Notes: generated by a model not told the origin, from the letters alone. 64,000 nucleotides of DNA from Hydrolagus affinis (GCA_012026655.1 JAAILG010000172.1:1-64000), one strand, 5' to 3'. Shown: positions 13,501 to 28,500, counted from the stretch's first letter. Numbers and translations are program-made.

Positions 13501-16500
13501 AAGCTAGATTTTACACTGAATTTATCCCTGTGCAAATGTAAATGGTTTATGTAAACAGTGTGTATTTATCACCTAAATTGCAGTCAAAGTGACATTTTTG
13601 CTATCCACTTTTAACTGCAGATTTTAGTGTTTGAATTGCTTAGTTTGTTGTGCTGTGTGTCGTGCAGCAAGTACATTAGAATGTAATTGGATATTAATTT
13701 ACCTAATAAAGTGGAGGGAGATGCGAGAGAGAATGCTGTGCAAATGCTGACAGAAATTAGATTTAATTCAATTTATTTGGGGTTAATAAGACAAACTGAA
13801 AATACGCATCAACAAGGTATAGTCACGTGGTAATATGGTTTATTGAGTAATGTATGGGACTGATTTGAAAGATAGAATATGCAACACACAAGTGTGAGCT
13901 GAACTACGTCATTTATTTTTAGCAAGCATTCGATATTTAAATAAACAGTTGGGCTCGTTAATTGCACTGTAAATGTATATATAGTAAGCATTTCGATCCA
14001 AGTATTTTATGAAGCATGGTAACCCCACAGTCAGACCTTAAAACTATTAAATTACATATATCAATACATATCTGAAGTTATTGTATTTAAATTACAAAGT
14101 ACAGAGAGAATGATTTACAGATCTTCAAAACTCATTGAGGCATGGTGCAGTGTTTGGGATTATATTTCTGGCAGGGATTATTTTCCTATCTACACAAACA
14201 AAGCAACTGATGACTATTCAAATATTGAGATTTAACAATTATTGGCTGGAGACTGCATCATGTGCACTTCCATTCGTGGGTGTACAGTGAAGAAACAGTG
14301 GAATTATTCATAAAACTCCAGTTTAGCTTCTATAGAACATTTTTAATTGAAGATGTACTGAAAAGAATGTTGTCAATCGATAAGGTCCATTTATCTATGA
14401 ATAATACTCATTTATACTTGGTTATAGAAGTACAGTAATTGCAAAATCACCTTATTAAAACATTGCATTCTCCTTTTTTGTGCTTGAAATGTCTATCGTT
14501 TCACTTGCTCAAATGATTATTGTTTCTGATTCTGGGCAGTTATTAATGGGGAAAAAACAATTATAACGTATGAAACTGGATGACAACGTGAGTTTGTAGT
14601 CTAGTAAACAGCGATGTGATACAAATTAAACCTGAAAAATATACATTAAAACAATCACTTCTTAGTCTTGTGTTGCAATTTTAGAGTTCATTTATTGGGG
14701 GCACAGTTACTGTTCTAGGACGTGCTTTAAACAATAGCAGCACTTGCTTAGCCAGATTTCATGAGGTGGAGCCATTATCTGTCACAGAAACAGCTTACCC
14801 TATGTAATGCAATCACAGAAATTGCAATAGGAAATCACGTACTTAACTAATAAAATCTTTCTTCGGTAAAAACAGGCCGTGTTGCTGTCACAATTATAAT
14901 TTGCGTGCCAACGAAACATTACTTTACAATTATTCCTATTAACAGTAACACAGTACAGTATTTTGGTGGATATTATAGTTAAGGTATAAGGATCTCTGAT
15001 TCATTAAGTTTTTTTTACATAGAAATTCCAAGACAACAAATTTATATAGATTGAGACAGTCTCATTTTTAATTTTTTACTGCTTTATATTCAGAAATTAA
15101 TAAATCATACCTACTTTTAAAACACATTTTCCCATTTTTGTTCAGTTCTCCTGCTTACACCATTCAAGTTGCTTCTTTTCACTGACCCCTGATTGTTTTT
15201 TCTTCCCTTGCTTGAAAGAAAGACTTTTATCTTTCTCTTGCTGCTAGCTCATAATAACATGACCAATATCAGCACCCCACTAAATAAGGAATTACAGCAT
15301 GAATCAATGTTCTATTATTATTTGCCTCCAACATAACATTGCACTGGCCTCTGAACAGTTGTAATTTATTTCTATAATTTTCAGTAGTTGTGTGCTGAAC
15401 TTAAATACTTTTAACATATAGAATTGACTAATGATTAACTTTTTTTCCCCCCCAGTGCCCCAATGCCCTATGTGGTTGGAGTTCACTTGAGCTTAATGGA
15501 TGTAAGTTAATAATTTTCACTTTTGTTAAAATCCAATATTTATGTTCATAGGTCATTCCTGTAGAGATTCAACTGTGTGAGAAAGACAGAGGTGCAAATG
15601 ATAGTTACAATGTTACTTTCTTAGTAAGCAGAATAATGTATCCTTAAAAGTGTTGCTGTTTCATTAATTGTACAATGTTAAGACACTAAATGTAAGTGCT
15701 GTAACTGATTGCAACAAATTTGGCTGTGAGTATATGGATATAGGATGGGTAAATGGGAATGAAAAAGTAAACCCAGAACAAAACTTTCAAATACACCAAT
15801 GCAACAGAGCAAGCGGACACATGTTCATGTTTGCAATAAGATAGTTTCAGGACAGACTTTATACAGAGTGTAATTAATGACTAAAACAGGTTACAAGGAA
15901 AGGTGGTTGAGGCAGGATCCTGGATTCAATTTAAAATGAACAGCTTGATGCTGTAATGGGAGGAGGACAGCAGGGTGAGTATTCTGAGAGAATGAGATCA
16001 AATGGTTTGAAGAGAGTTCTTCATTAAGGGCTTTCTTCATCTAGACATCTATCTTGGTTTCTTGTGATTGTCTAGACAATCGGAGTTATTGGTGCAGCAA
16101 ACGTGTTGCCTTTGACCGGGTATGCTTTTCCTTATCTAAATTGTTCGTGAAAATGTTCAGTCTGTTTCAACTTCAACGGATTAACCCTCTCTAAAATTAT
16201 CAATTGGAGGTTGGTGGCAAAATGGGGACCCATCGGGCCTTATTTTCGGACTGCTATGAGTATTGTACAATTTTTTTTAAAAAAAACTGTTCTCTTCATA
16301 ACACAGGAGAGTAGTTTAAAACTGAAGATCTAGATGCAATTTTTGATTGGGTCCACAACACTCTGTATATACACAAGAATTGCTTTAGTGTTGCACTTGT
16401 AAAATTGCCTTTGTAACTGCTTTGTTACGATCATATTAAACATAATAGGAATTAAAAACACAAAACCAAAGTACTGTAGTTGTCTGTTGAAATAGTGTTC

Positions 16501-19500
16501 TCTGCATTGTTTTCAAAATGCCCTTAGGCTGTGAAGAGGTAGAAAATGAGTTGCGTCAACCTTTCTGGAAATGTAGATTCTGAACTTTGCAATAATCTGT
16601 TAGCTTTTATGTGTTTTAATTTTTTTTTCCCTCATGCATCCTTATTGCACACATTAAAAAGGAAGCACTTATTATCCTGTTGAGTGTAGCTGTCGTCTGC
16701 TTGTTACAGTTCCTGATCATACCATATCCTGTCTATTAAATATGAGCTTGAACCAATACCGATTTAAATGCAAGCTAGTCAACTGCCAACTCTTGTTTAG
16801 GTCTTTAGAGTAGTAACAATAATCCTTGCATTTGATATAACGCTTTTCATGTCTTCTAGACATCTCAAAAGTGCTTCACAGAATATACAATAGAAGCCCG
16901 TTTATCCGGCACCCGCGGGACCTGGCCAATGCCGTTTAAAGCGCCTGCCGGATATTCAGGCGGCCTACGGCCAAAAACCCACTACAAAAAAATTTAAGTT
17001 CTTTTAACACACACTGTACACATCAGACTAGGTAATAGCTGATAGTGGCAGAGTATTGTGTTGGTGCTCGTTGTTGGGGCTGCTCTCTTGCGCTTCTCAC
17101 CTTTACTGATTGGGGTTTGCAGTCCAGCAATTCTTTTTTGAATGGGGGATGCCAGGTGGATGAAAGAACTGGCAGCGCAATTTAAAAGTTACTCGACTTT
17201 ACTGGCTGCAAGCCGAAGCCCTAGACTCTACTAGCGGCAAACCAAAATATTGCACCTGCGCAACAATGTGGGCTATCGGCTAGCATTATCGGCTTGCCGC
17301 TAGTATGACTTTGAAGTCATACGCGCTCCTTTTTTTCGCCTGTTTAGCGTGCTCCATTTTGGGAGGGGTCACTGGACTGTAAACCTCAACCGCAGCATCA
17401 TGGCTTCAAGCGCAGCATCTACCACCGGGGGTGGGGGGTGCAGGAGAGTAGTTTTGACGGTGAGTGCCAATGCAATATTCTGTTATTATGTTATTATTTA
17501 TGCATTTACAAATGCTCCACTGCTATTGTTCCGGATAAGTTCCGGTTTATCGAATGGTGACTTTTTTTTGGCGTGCCGGTTATACGGAAGTGCTGGTGCA
17601 TCGAGTCATGGATAAACGGCTTCTAATGTACTGTGAAGTGGATTGACTGTATATTAGTGGGCAAAACAAATTGTCTTCACCATGACCTCATCAGAGTCTG
17701 ATCTATGAAGCACTTTGAGACATCTAGAAGACATGTGTATCAAATGTAAAGATTATTATCTGAAATTGTTCCATCCACGTATGCAGTGCACACAGAAGAG
17801 TGGAGAGTGGAGACACTATATAGAAGATACTTTTATTTCTAACCTCATGTATGTAGTTTTATTGAGAATTTGAGTTACACAGTCTCTCCCTCCACAAAAA
17901 GACTCGCAAACGTTTGGACAGGTCTCACAATTTTTATTTTATATTGAAGCAAATAAGCATTCAGAATGACTATTTATGGAAATCTATGAAATGTGATTTG
18001 TATCTGCATTAGTCAAGTAGACTGGATGATTTCAAGCTTGTTGTTGAATTAAGAACTGAATCACAATTTGGAATAAACATCCTAAGTGACTGCCTTGACA
18101 TTTTTGTTTGTAAATTATTCAAATGCAATAATGCATCATGAAAAACTACAGCACAAGTAGAAAGAAGAGAAAGTAAACATTAGAAAACAAACTTGAAGTG
18201 TGCCAATCATTCGTCCCAGAGATTGATGTTCAAATCCCTCATCACAGTTGCCCATTATGTGGAAGTATGCAGTTTATTGGTCTCCTGCAGAACTATTCTA
18301 GGGCTGCATGTTGCTTCTTTCACCATTTATTAACTCCTGAGGGTAAGAGATATGGGAGTAATATAGAGGGGATTGATTTGGAAGGAGAATATCTTTATGC
18401 TTTTTGCAAAGCATGTTTGCCCTTATGCCCTCTTAGGATATTGAGTTCTTTTCCAGCTTCCCCGATACTGACCCAGGATCATAATCACACTTTTTTTCCC
18501 CACATATCTACAAATGCCATCCATCTCATTAACCACTTTCTTCTCTCCCCTCATCACCACTTTTTTTTTATTAGCCTCCTTCATACATTAGGTTAAAATT
18601 TCGGCTTCTCTCTTACTCTCAATTGTACCTTCTTGCAATTTTTTTTGTTGTGAATTTTATAATGATCCTTAAAAATGTTTTTAATTGATGTCTTTAGAAA
18701 ATGGTGATAAAGTGTTAAATTAATCTCTGTGAGTCGTGACGACTCACATGGCTTTGTGTAATCTTTAAACTCTCTTCAGGGATGATCTAAAAATTCCCTA
18801 ACCTGGACCATGTCACAAATTAACAGGCTGTCATCAACCTACTTGCTTCACCAGTGGCTTAAACTGTTAGACTCTAATTTGATAGAATTTTACATGTGTT
18901 TATTATTTTACCATAGACTACTTTATAGAAAGAAAAATTGTAATGTCTGATAGAAAGCATCAAAATATAGATAGAGGGACACCCACAACCACACTTAGTT
19001 ACTTGTAAAACTCTACTGTGGGGAAATTGTGCTGCCTGCTGAAATGCCAACTGGAAATCATTTGAATTCCTTGATTATGAGACCACACACCTTTTATTAA
19101 AAAAAGATACAGATGTGTTCAAAGCAATTTCTTTTATTCTCTCTGTCAAACAGAAAGTGAAGAACAAAGCTCTGGAAGATGTTATTGTCCTCAATGTAGA
19201 TACAAACACACTGGAAACACCATTTGATGACCTGCACAGCCTACCCAATGAAGTCGTAAGTTTTAATAGAATTTGACTTTTTTAAACTGGTGGGAGTAAG
19301 GGAAGCATTTTGCTTCACTAGGGTCTTCCAATATTAAAATGTGTCCTTTCTGATTCCATATGGAGCTGAAGGTCTAAGGGAATAACAAAAACAGTTTTAG
19401 TTTTTAAAACCAGCATTAGTTCTTCATGTTGATGCAAATAGAACTACAAAAAGCAGACCTCAAAGATTTTGAGATTGGCTCTGGCTGAAGAGCAGTTTTG

Positions 19501-22500
19501 AATTGTGTGGCTGATTGCAAATGAAACCCATGATCAGAAAGCTATCTGCATTCATTAACCATAGCTGCTTAAAATGTAGGAGTCTCTTCATCTTATACTT
19601 AATCATTAAATTACAAAGTATGCATTTCTGTCTGCCTAGTGGCATGTCTTGCTGAAGAACGAGTTGAGTTGTGAAGGGAAGGAGAAGAAGGGGGCCAATT
19701 ACCAGCTCCTGTTTTCCTGCCACCTGCCAGCTCTTTTTCCTTTAATTAATGATCAAATGGGGCTGGTCAATATAATAAGAAATACTTTTACAGTTGGGGT
19801 CACAAAATTCCTCCTTTGATCTGCTGTATTCTAAAACGTTTGTTTTTGTGAATTTTTTGTTTTCTTGTGTATTTTAACAATTTTCCTTCCAACGGAGATG
19901 ATATAAGTGGACAACTTGTCATTTGGTTTTCAAATATTTAATTTGTCTAATGCTGGTATTCTGTTATTGAAGACAATTCCAATATAAATTTGCATGACAG
20001 TTTTTTTTTAAAAGCCTTTTTTTTGTTCACAACATCTGATAATATAGGTACCAAGCTAGTGCTTTGATCTTGTGTTGCATTTCCTAAGCTACTGCTTTGA
20101 TCTTGTGCTGCATTTCCTAGTTATAAATACTTGGGTGTGTCCAGTATTTCATGTTTAATTCATGCAAACCACAAATAAATGATCAATAGTTATGCAAGTG
20201 ATATACAAGGACCAATTTACGATATTCACAACTGCATTTTCTGTGTAAATTATAACTTCCGGCTTAATAAATTTCAGTCTGGCAAACTGTCAAAGTTTGA
20301 AAATAACTGGTGAACAAAACAGTCGTTTTCATTTTATTTGTTGTTTTCTTTTAAACTTTGACTTCTGATTTGTGATTTGTCAACCACAAATTTCACAAAA
20401 CACAAGTTAAGTGACAAAAAGGCAATGAAGGCAAACAATTGTGCAAATTAGAACTGAATGTTATGTCCAGATAATGAATAATAGTAGATTATAGGAAATA
20501 TTCTTATTCCAGCAAAATTATTAATCTTCCTCTCAAAACAGATCTTAAAATATGATGAGTTGGATTCATGTTAATTTGAGTAAAGCAGTTAGAAAATATG
20601 TTTAGCTACATGCAAGTTCATGTCCCAACGATTTCAGTCCATATGGAGTCTATTATTAGGTCAGTTTGTGTATTGGTCTCAGTTGTCATAAAGGTCAGTG
20701 GGTCACAGTTGTCCTGAATTACTGAACTGTTTTCATGTAGACGCTCTGCTGTGTTGTGTGCTGTCATCTTTATAATGGTCTCTTGTCAGATATTCACACA
20801 TAATATTTAAGATTTATTGACTATTAGAAATGTTAGCATTGTCGTTAGTGATGTAGCTTCAGAAAATACTATGGACTTCCAGATGGAAAAACAATTGCAT
20901 TCATTAGCCTTTTGGGAATCTGTTTATTTATGTTCACATGTACATTGTAGTTGTGTCCGGATAAATTAAAATTATCCGTATTCTGTTGCTTCATTTTAGT
21001 TGGGTTAAGGGCATAACAGTTGTGTTTTAAACCCAATATAAAATAACACATACATTTATGTGCATCACCAAGCAGAACAACACGTGAAAAATGAGAACCT
21101 AGAAATTTCCTATTAGTTCCAGGTTTCTTTAGCTTTCTTGCTCTGCTACTCCGCATTCTCTTGGTTGATAGCTTTTAGGATCCAGGCTGTGGCCTCTCTG
21201 CGGGGAGCAGGCTATGCCCAACACAGCTTGAAGATAAATAGTTTGCTTCCCGTTTAATTCAAGAATTCTGGTTGCTCAATGGATTGTTAATGCATTCTAA
21301 AAGCAAATTGCTCTTTATTCCTACCACTGGTGTCTTACGTGTTTTGCTACTGTCCATTAAATGAAATGTTGCCAGTTTAGCAGTTATTTTCTGCTGTATT
21401 TGCTCAACAAGCTTGTGATGAACATAAACATTTCACCTGTCAATAACTTTCCTGAAGCAGCAAAAATATTAATGCAATAATCTCAAATGCCTTTTAAACC
21501 TTCTGACATGGAAGCTTTCCATTCTTGTTAAATTGGTATTTAGTGATGGATTTGGCCTCCTAGAAATTGAGTCTGTGCTATGATTTTCTACAATTTATAG
21601 AACATCCATATTGATAAATTTTACATTTGCTGTAATCCCAATAATGCCAGTGTCTTAAAGTATTTCATACAAAATTACTGTCAAGTGAAGTTACTGTGTT
21701 TGTTCGGCAAACATGGCAGCCAATTTGTGCAGAGCAAGATCCCATAAACATTCATGAGATGAATAACCAGACTTTTGGCTTGGACCTCTTCAGAAATTCC
21801 CTTCTGTTTTCAAATAGGGTCATGGCTTGACAATACCAACACTCTGCTTGCTGGATTCCCCAGCTCTTTTCCACACAGGCTGCAGATGACCAAAACTCTG
21901 CAGCCAGTGTGCTTCCCCCATTCCAGACTATGTAAATTTGTTTTGTACACTTACAACAACAGTAACAAAAGTACATTTGTACATTGCCTTTCATGTCAGT
22001 AGACTTAATGTCTAATGTTCACATTGTCAGCAAGAACAGTTTCAAAAAGTAAACTTCTGTTTCTAATGGATAAATGCATACAAATTGTTTCTCGTTTATA
22101 AATTGAAAGTATAATTTTATAGATTTATCTTGTATAAAGGTCACAAAAATACCTTCATCCAAAAATTAACCTCTTTCTTGAATCAGTACCTACCCAAACA
22201 TTTTTTTTTAAAGATGTCAATATTGTAACTAGATTTTTTTAAACTAAGAACATAAATATTTATTGTATAATTTCAGCTAAAATGATGAGATTGGATTTAC
22301 ATGGGTCTGAAATAAAACTTCTGAATGTACTTTAAGTGATAATTTTGAAGATCAGTGGCATCGATAAAAGTCTGCTCCACTTATTATTTTTGTGAATATT
22401 ACACCTGAAAGTTCTGAATAAATAGAATCTGAATCAGTTTCACATCTGAGTAAAATGAACTGTCTCAGGAAGCTTTGTGTGTCTTTTCATGGGAGCTGAA

Positions 22501-25500
22501 GTATCATCTGCCATGTCGTGCAGAGCTGCCAATTGGTGGCACAGCTCTTGAAAACCTGTACAAACTAGGTTGCACGGGGTTTTAACATGAAATAAGTGGA
22601 CATGGTAGTATATACATTTGTAATTATCTGGATATTAGTGAAATATGTGTCCAAACTCACTTGATCAATTGGCGCCTCAAACTCTACCCACTCAAATAGA
22701 ATGTTTTTTGTGATGAGGATTCATATGCTACCTCTGCTGGAATTATTTCAAAGTAGGACTACTTTTGTTTTCTAATTTGTTTTTAAAAATAAACAATTTC
22801 AATTGCTGGAAATTTTAGATTTCTGTATTTCAGAACTTCCATTACAAATACCCAGAGCAACCAAGACCTATGCTTGTTTGAAAGCAAGCAAAGTAAGCAA
22901 CCATGCTCAGAAAGCCATATTTTTAATAAATTGAGCTGTCCTGAAAAATGAAGATGTACATTCCAGTGCTTGTTTCAAAATTCTGTTGATACGGTTGGTT
23001 AGAATACATGTTTTACCTTTTATTTTCTGTTCCTTGATTGTAGCTGAATTTATGAGGGAAATAAATGAAAGAAGGCAGTGTTTCAAATTTAAAATTGCTT
23101 TGGGATTATTTCATTTTAAAACAACAACCATTTGCACTTAATAGCTCCTTTCATATTGGAGAATTCTCGAAGCAGTTCACAAAGATGGATTGGAAGGAGG
23201 AAGGAAGGGAAACATCAGTTGATTCTAATGTAATTGTCTTCCGTTGATTAGAGTAATTTATACCTATCGCATTTTTGACTAAAATGTGGAGGTTTTGTTG
23301 TTTTTGTGACACATTTTGAGGAACATTCGATCCTGTAAAAGAACTTACTGTATGAGTAATTTCACTTAGTTCTCCGATAGTTGAGCCAGTTTAACCAATA
23401 GCTGAGCCATGCTGATCAAGAAGATTCCCTGGTCTGAACTGAGTTAGCTGATCTTAATACATGCATGACCATTGGGTAGCAGCTCAAATTGGAGAAGAAA
23501 AAGGATTATCATTTCTAATCTAGTGACTCATGCTAAAGATGTGGATTTGGGGATGTTGAGTGGGGACAAGATCATATGCTGTAAAACCTCAAACATAAAT
23601 ACAGCAACAACAATAACAAATTGCACTTATGTGGCACCATCTACGCAGGGTAGTGTCTCAGGGTGCTTAATAGTGGCGGAGCCTGATAGACCATTTGGAG
23701 GAAAGAACTGGTGTAGGGTCAGTGTGGTTTTAGAAGGGAGGTTAACAAAATAGTGAAAAATAAGGTTATGCTGCACTTTATGTGCTGCTTTGCAAACATC
23801 TGCAATGTTTTCTTCTACAAATGTCCAACATGTTCAGTCTTTGAACATATTTGGGAAAGTGTATTGTAATATGTTTAAGATCTTGGCTTTTTTTTAAAAA
23901 AAAGCAATTCCCTGGCAATGCCACATAAACAATCTGCTCTGTATGTGTTGTTTTCTTTCACTTAGAATTTGTTAATATTGACTGGAATTGAGAGGGTAAA
24001 TCCAATGATATGCAGAATTAATCTAGTGCAATGTCAATTAAAAGAGCATGGAGAGTTCATTAGATTTGTATAATATTTAACCTTTCTCACCACAGAGATA
24101 TAGATTATGTACCTCACAACCTGGTGCTGAAATTAATTGAAGAAACCTAATGAGCCTTGGTATATGCAGTCACTGTACTAAATGAATTGGACTTCCAAGA
24201 CTTTCATCTGTAGCTATCAAGCCTTGATGTAAATTGAAAAGATCACAGCTATTGGGAAAAGACCTATATTGTAAAGTCCTTTCTGCATAGATTTGTGAAC
24301 ATCATAACGCAATGATTTTTCCATAAAAATATGGCTATAATTGGACCCTATGGGGGTCCCTTTCTTTGATCAGATCACAGTAACTGTGACTACACTGAAA
24401 AATGTCACTGCCGTAAAGGTTTTATCACCTGTAGAGCTGGGTTTTCTCTGATGCCTTGTTCTGCACTAGTTATCTTTATTAAGGTGTGATTAATTAGTCA
24501 TTGAGTTACAATAATAAATGATAGCAGTGAAAAATAAAATTGATATAAGAACAATAGGATAAACTTTAATAATATTACAGCCCCATAATCTGATGCTTTT
24601 GAGGTGTTCCACTGCACAATAATACATTCTTCTTGGAAAGTCAATTGCAAAATATTTACGTCAGTTATAGCCATAGCTCTGAGTGTAATTTTTATAATGC
24701 CACAATTGTGGCCTGCACGTAAACATGGGCCATCTTCAATTATGCTTTTCTATTTGTGTTTGAAATAATTCTATGCTTTTCTTAAAACAAAATGTTGCAA
24801 ATCACTGAAATTTTATTGTGCTTGGTGGAACTGATCTGATCATGAGTAGTTGACCTTTAAAGAGAAATGGAATTACTTGGGAGCTATCTGTTGAATGTTC
24901 ACATGAAATTTCCTTCATCTTATTTGGTGCGGTATGCATAAATCCTTCGTTCTAGAGATGATGATGCATGTGGAACAATCCAAATAAGTTCTTCACGGTT
25001 AAGTAATTAAAACCCTTGTTACCTTAGGAGTCTTTCAGAATCTCAGACAATATACAGTATTAGTGTTTTTCTATTAATAATGGAGTCTTTTTGTGGTGCT
25101 TAATGAATACTCAGAAGAAAAAAGTAAATGTCATTTTTAGAACAAAGATCATTTGAGTGGCTTGGGAAGCTGTGCGTAGCTTCAGTGAAGGGTCTGGACT
25201 AATTTTTATTGTACTTGGTATGAGTTTCAGCTTTTTCTCACTTATTTAGATCTCTACCCTGAAAAATAAGTTGAAGAAACAGTCTACAGCTACAGGAGAT
25301 GGAGTAGCCAGGGCTTTTCTCAAGGCACAGGCAGCTCTGTTTGGTTCCTACAGGGATTCACTTCGATATAAACCCGTGAGTATTTATTTTAATTTCCCAA
25401 CTGTGCCTTACATTGTAGCAATCCTTGCATTTGATGCAGCACCTTAACCTGTCTTCTAGACGTCTCAAACTGCTTCACAGAATATACTATAGAGTGAATT

Positions 25501-28500
25501 AGAGTGTATAGTTTGGGGGTGAAATGCGGCAGCCAACTGCGTATCCAGTTGTAGATTGAGCGGCCACATTTTTTTGACGGGGTTATTATCCGAGCTCCTA
25601 ACCTACAGCTACGTAAACTGGTTTGTGGAGTAACAAAACTTGCATCTTGGAGTGCTTCCCTTATAAAAGCTCCAGCATTGAGGCCAGGCAAAGCTGAAGC
25701 AGTTGCCCCAATATTGCTTAGTTAAGATTGCCGATGATTTTGTCAAACTTTGTGTTTCCCTCTGCATCCAATCTTAAGTTAGCAAGACCTCCCTTTTCTA
25801 TAAGAAGCAACAATGCACAACTTGCCAATGTAGGATAACAAATTTAATTAGAAGCCATTCCTTAAATGAAATTCTTCTTCACATATTTGAGTGTCAGCCT
25901 GCCTCAGTGGCAGCACTCTTGCCCCTGAGTCAGAAGGTATTGCAGTAAGCCTGACTACAGGACATGGAATCACATAGTCTAAACTGAACCTCCCATTGCA
26001 TTGGTAATGATGTGTTGCATTGTCAGAGGTACCATACTTCCAATGACCTGTGAAACCGAGGTCCTGTCTTCCTAATCAGGTGGACAATAAAGATCCCATG
26101 CCTCTGTTGAAAAGGGAGCAGCTTTTCTCCCGGTGTCCTGGCCAACAATTCCCCAAATAAAATTGGGCACTCACCATGGCTGTTTGAGTGACATTGGTGT
26201 GAGCAACTGGCTGCTGCATTTTGCCCACAAAATATAACTTATCCACTACAGAATTTCCTGTGAAATGCTTTGAGATATTTCAACATTGGGCTGAGATCAT
26301 AGAATTTCATAGACTCATAGAATTTAACGGCACAAAAGGAGGCCATTCGGCCCATCTAGTCTGTGCCAGCTCTTTGAAAAGAGCAATTCAATCCCACTGC
26401 CCAGCTCTCTCCCCATAACCTAACAGACCTGTTCTCCCTAAATAAAGATCTAATTAAAGATGTAATGATGTAGATCTAAATAAGGATGCTATATCAAATG
26501 TGAGAATTACTATTTTATTATTATTTTTCCAACTCTTCTCCAAAGCTTTTGCTCTGGGGAATATCTGAACTCTTCTGTTTTATAGGCATCGCTGTCATAT
26601 CCTTCTTTCTCATTTTGTGCTTTTTATTTTGCAGTGGTAAACAGACATAGTGTAATGAATTCTCCCTGCTATTAAAATGACTGAATTTAAGCACAAAACA
26701 CCATTAACCTTGCAACACATAAATGCATAAGATCTACCTATGATGCCAGTATAACAAAGAATCCTTTCTTATTCTGGACTGAGTCTTGCAGCATCCAAAT
26801 AACATATGCAGCTATGTTGTGCATTTTAAACTATAATTTGTGTTTGTTTGCATTTGAGATGTGATCTATTTGATTTCATCAGCATTGACTTTTCATCTTC
26901 TAGGCATCTCAAAGTGCTTCACAGAACACATTGTAAAGTGACTATACTTGTGGGCAAAACGTGGCAGCTAATTGCGCAAACAATTGTGGATTGAGTGACC
27001 AAATTATTATTGTTTTTATTTTCTTGAGGGATTGTTATCCGGCATGTGGAGTAAGAAAACTTGCCCAAGATTTTAGCCTTCCGTGAATCAAACCCAGGTC
27101 TCTCGCTTGCGAAGCACGTGCTCTTACCACTGAGCTACAGGACTTCAATAGGTTTAGTATCAACCACCGCTTCAGGCAGCGAGTTCCAGAGAATTCCACA
27201 TTGTGCTGTGTGAAGTAGTTCCTCCTAAATTATCTTTTAGATCTCCTAGTCGCAATCTTATAATTGTGTATTGAAAACGACTTTTCAATAAGTATAAAAC
27301 AACCTATTAATGCTAACTTTATTCAACACTTTTATATTTTAAAACTTCTATTTTTCCCTCTTTTAAATGTCCTCATTGTGAAAAAAGAGCAAACCTATCC
27401 AGCCTAACTTGCACAATTCTTGAGATCTGGGAACTGAATTCTTCAAACATAGCCAATGGCACAACAAATGTCTCAACACTTGAGATCAAGTGCTGAGAAA
27501 AAATGCATATTTTTTACCTGGACAGTATCAATGCAACAAGCATATTATTCATTAGTGTATACGAGTCAGTATTTATTCCTTTTGCGTGAATTTGTGTGCT
27601 GATTAAGGTTATTTTCTAGGAGAAGCAAACTTTTCCCATATTGATCATGTGCTCACGTATACATGGGTCAGATAGAGAAAAACTCTGTACTCTGCCTGAT
27701 GTTTATACCTTAACTCCAACTTCACAAGAGCATGGTTTGCACCAGTGTGAAGACAAATATTACCCTTTCCAGACACGCGCCATAAATTTTGCCTTTCTTT
27801 TAGATTTCTAATTTGGTTCGAAGGTGTGGGTGGTTTTGCAGGACAAATCAAATGAAGTAGGGCCTTAAAGCTTTTTAAACTTGTTTCATGTAGAGCTCTA
27901 CAGCCATCAGTGAAAATAATCTTTTATCCAAGCAGCTCAGGCTCGTTTATGTTGCGTTCATAGGTTGAGGGTAAAGGACCGCTGCATCACTATTCCCCAT
28001 AGTGCAATTCTATCGGAAATAATTATAATCTTTATAAAGCCATAATTTACAAGGGTTTGTGTTGAATGTGTTGCTCCCATCATTCGTCTCTGTTCATAAA
28101 ATAAAACAAGCCTACTCTACTCTGAGGTTTAATATGACACCTGAGTTGGAAAACAAAGAAAAAATTATTTATGGTGTTGTGTATTTTAATTGTTGGATTC
28201 TATTTTGTGAATAATTTGATATATGGTTTAGAGTTTATAGTGATAGCATCGCAGCATTCCTCGATGGAAAAAGAAGTCATATTTAATGCTTCTTGGCAGC
28301 AGTTATTCCCAATGCTATTAACTGCCAGTGTTCTGAAACACAGCCAGAGAATGTAACCATTTGTATCGCAATGTTACAACATGTAAAGTTCTCATCTCAA
28401 AAAGATTAAAGGATGTTGTCCCAGTTCATATCACAGTTACACTTCAAACATGGATTTCCCATTTTGAGGGTCAAACTTTCAGATGTTTTTAACATTGTTG

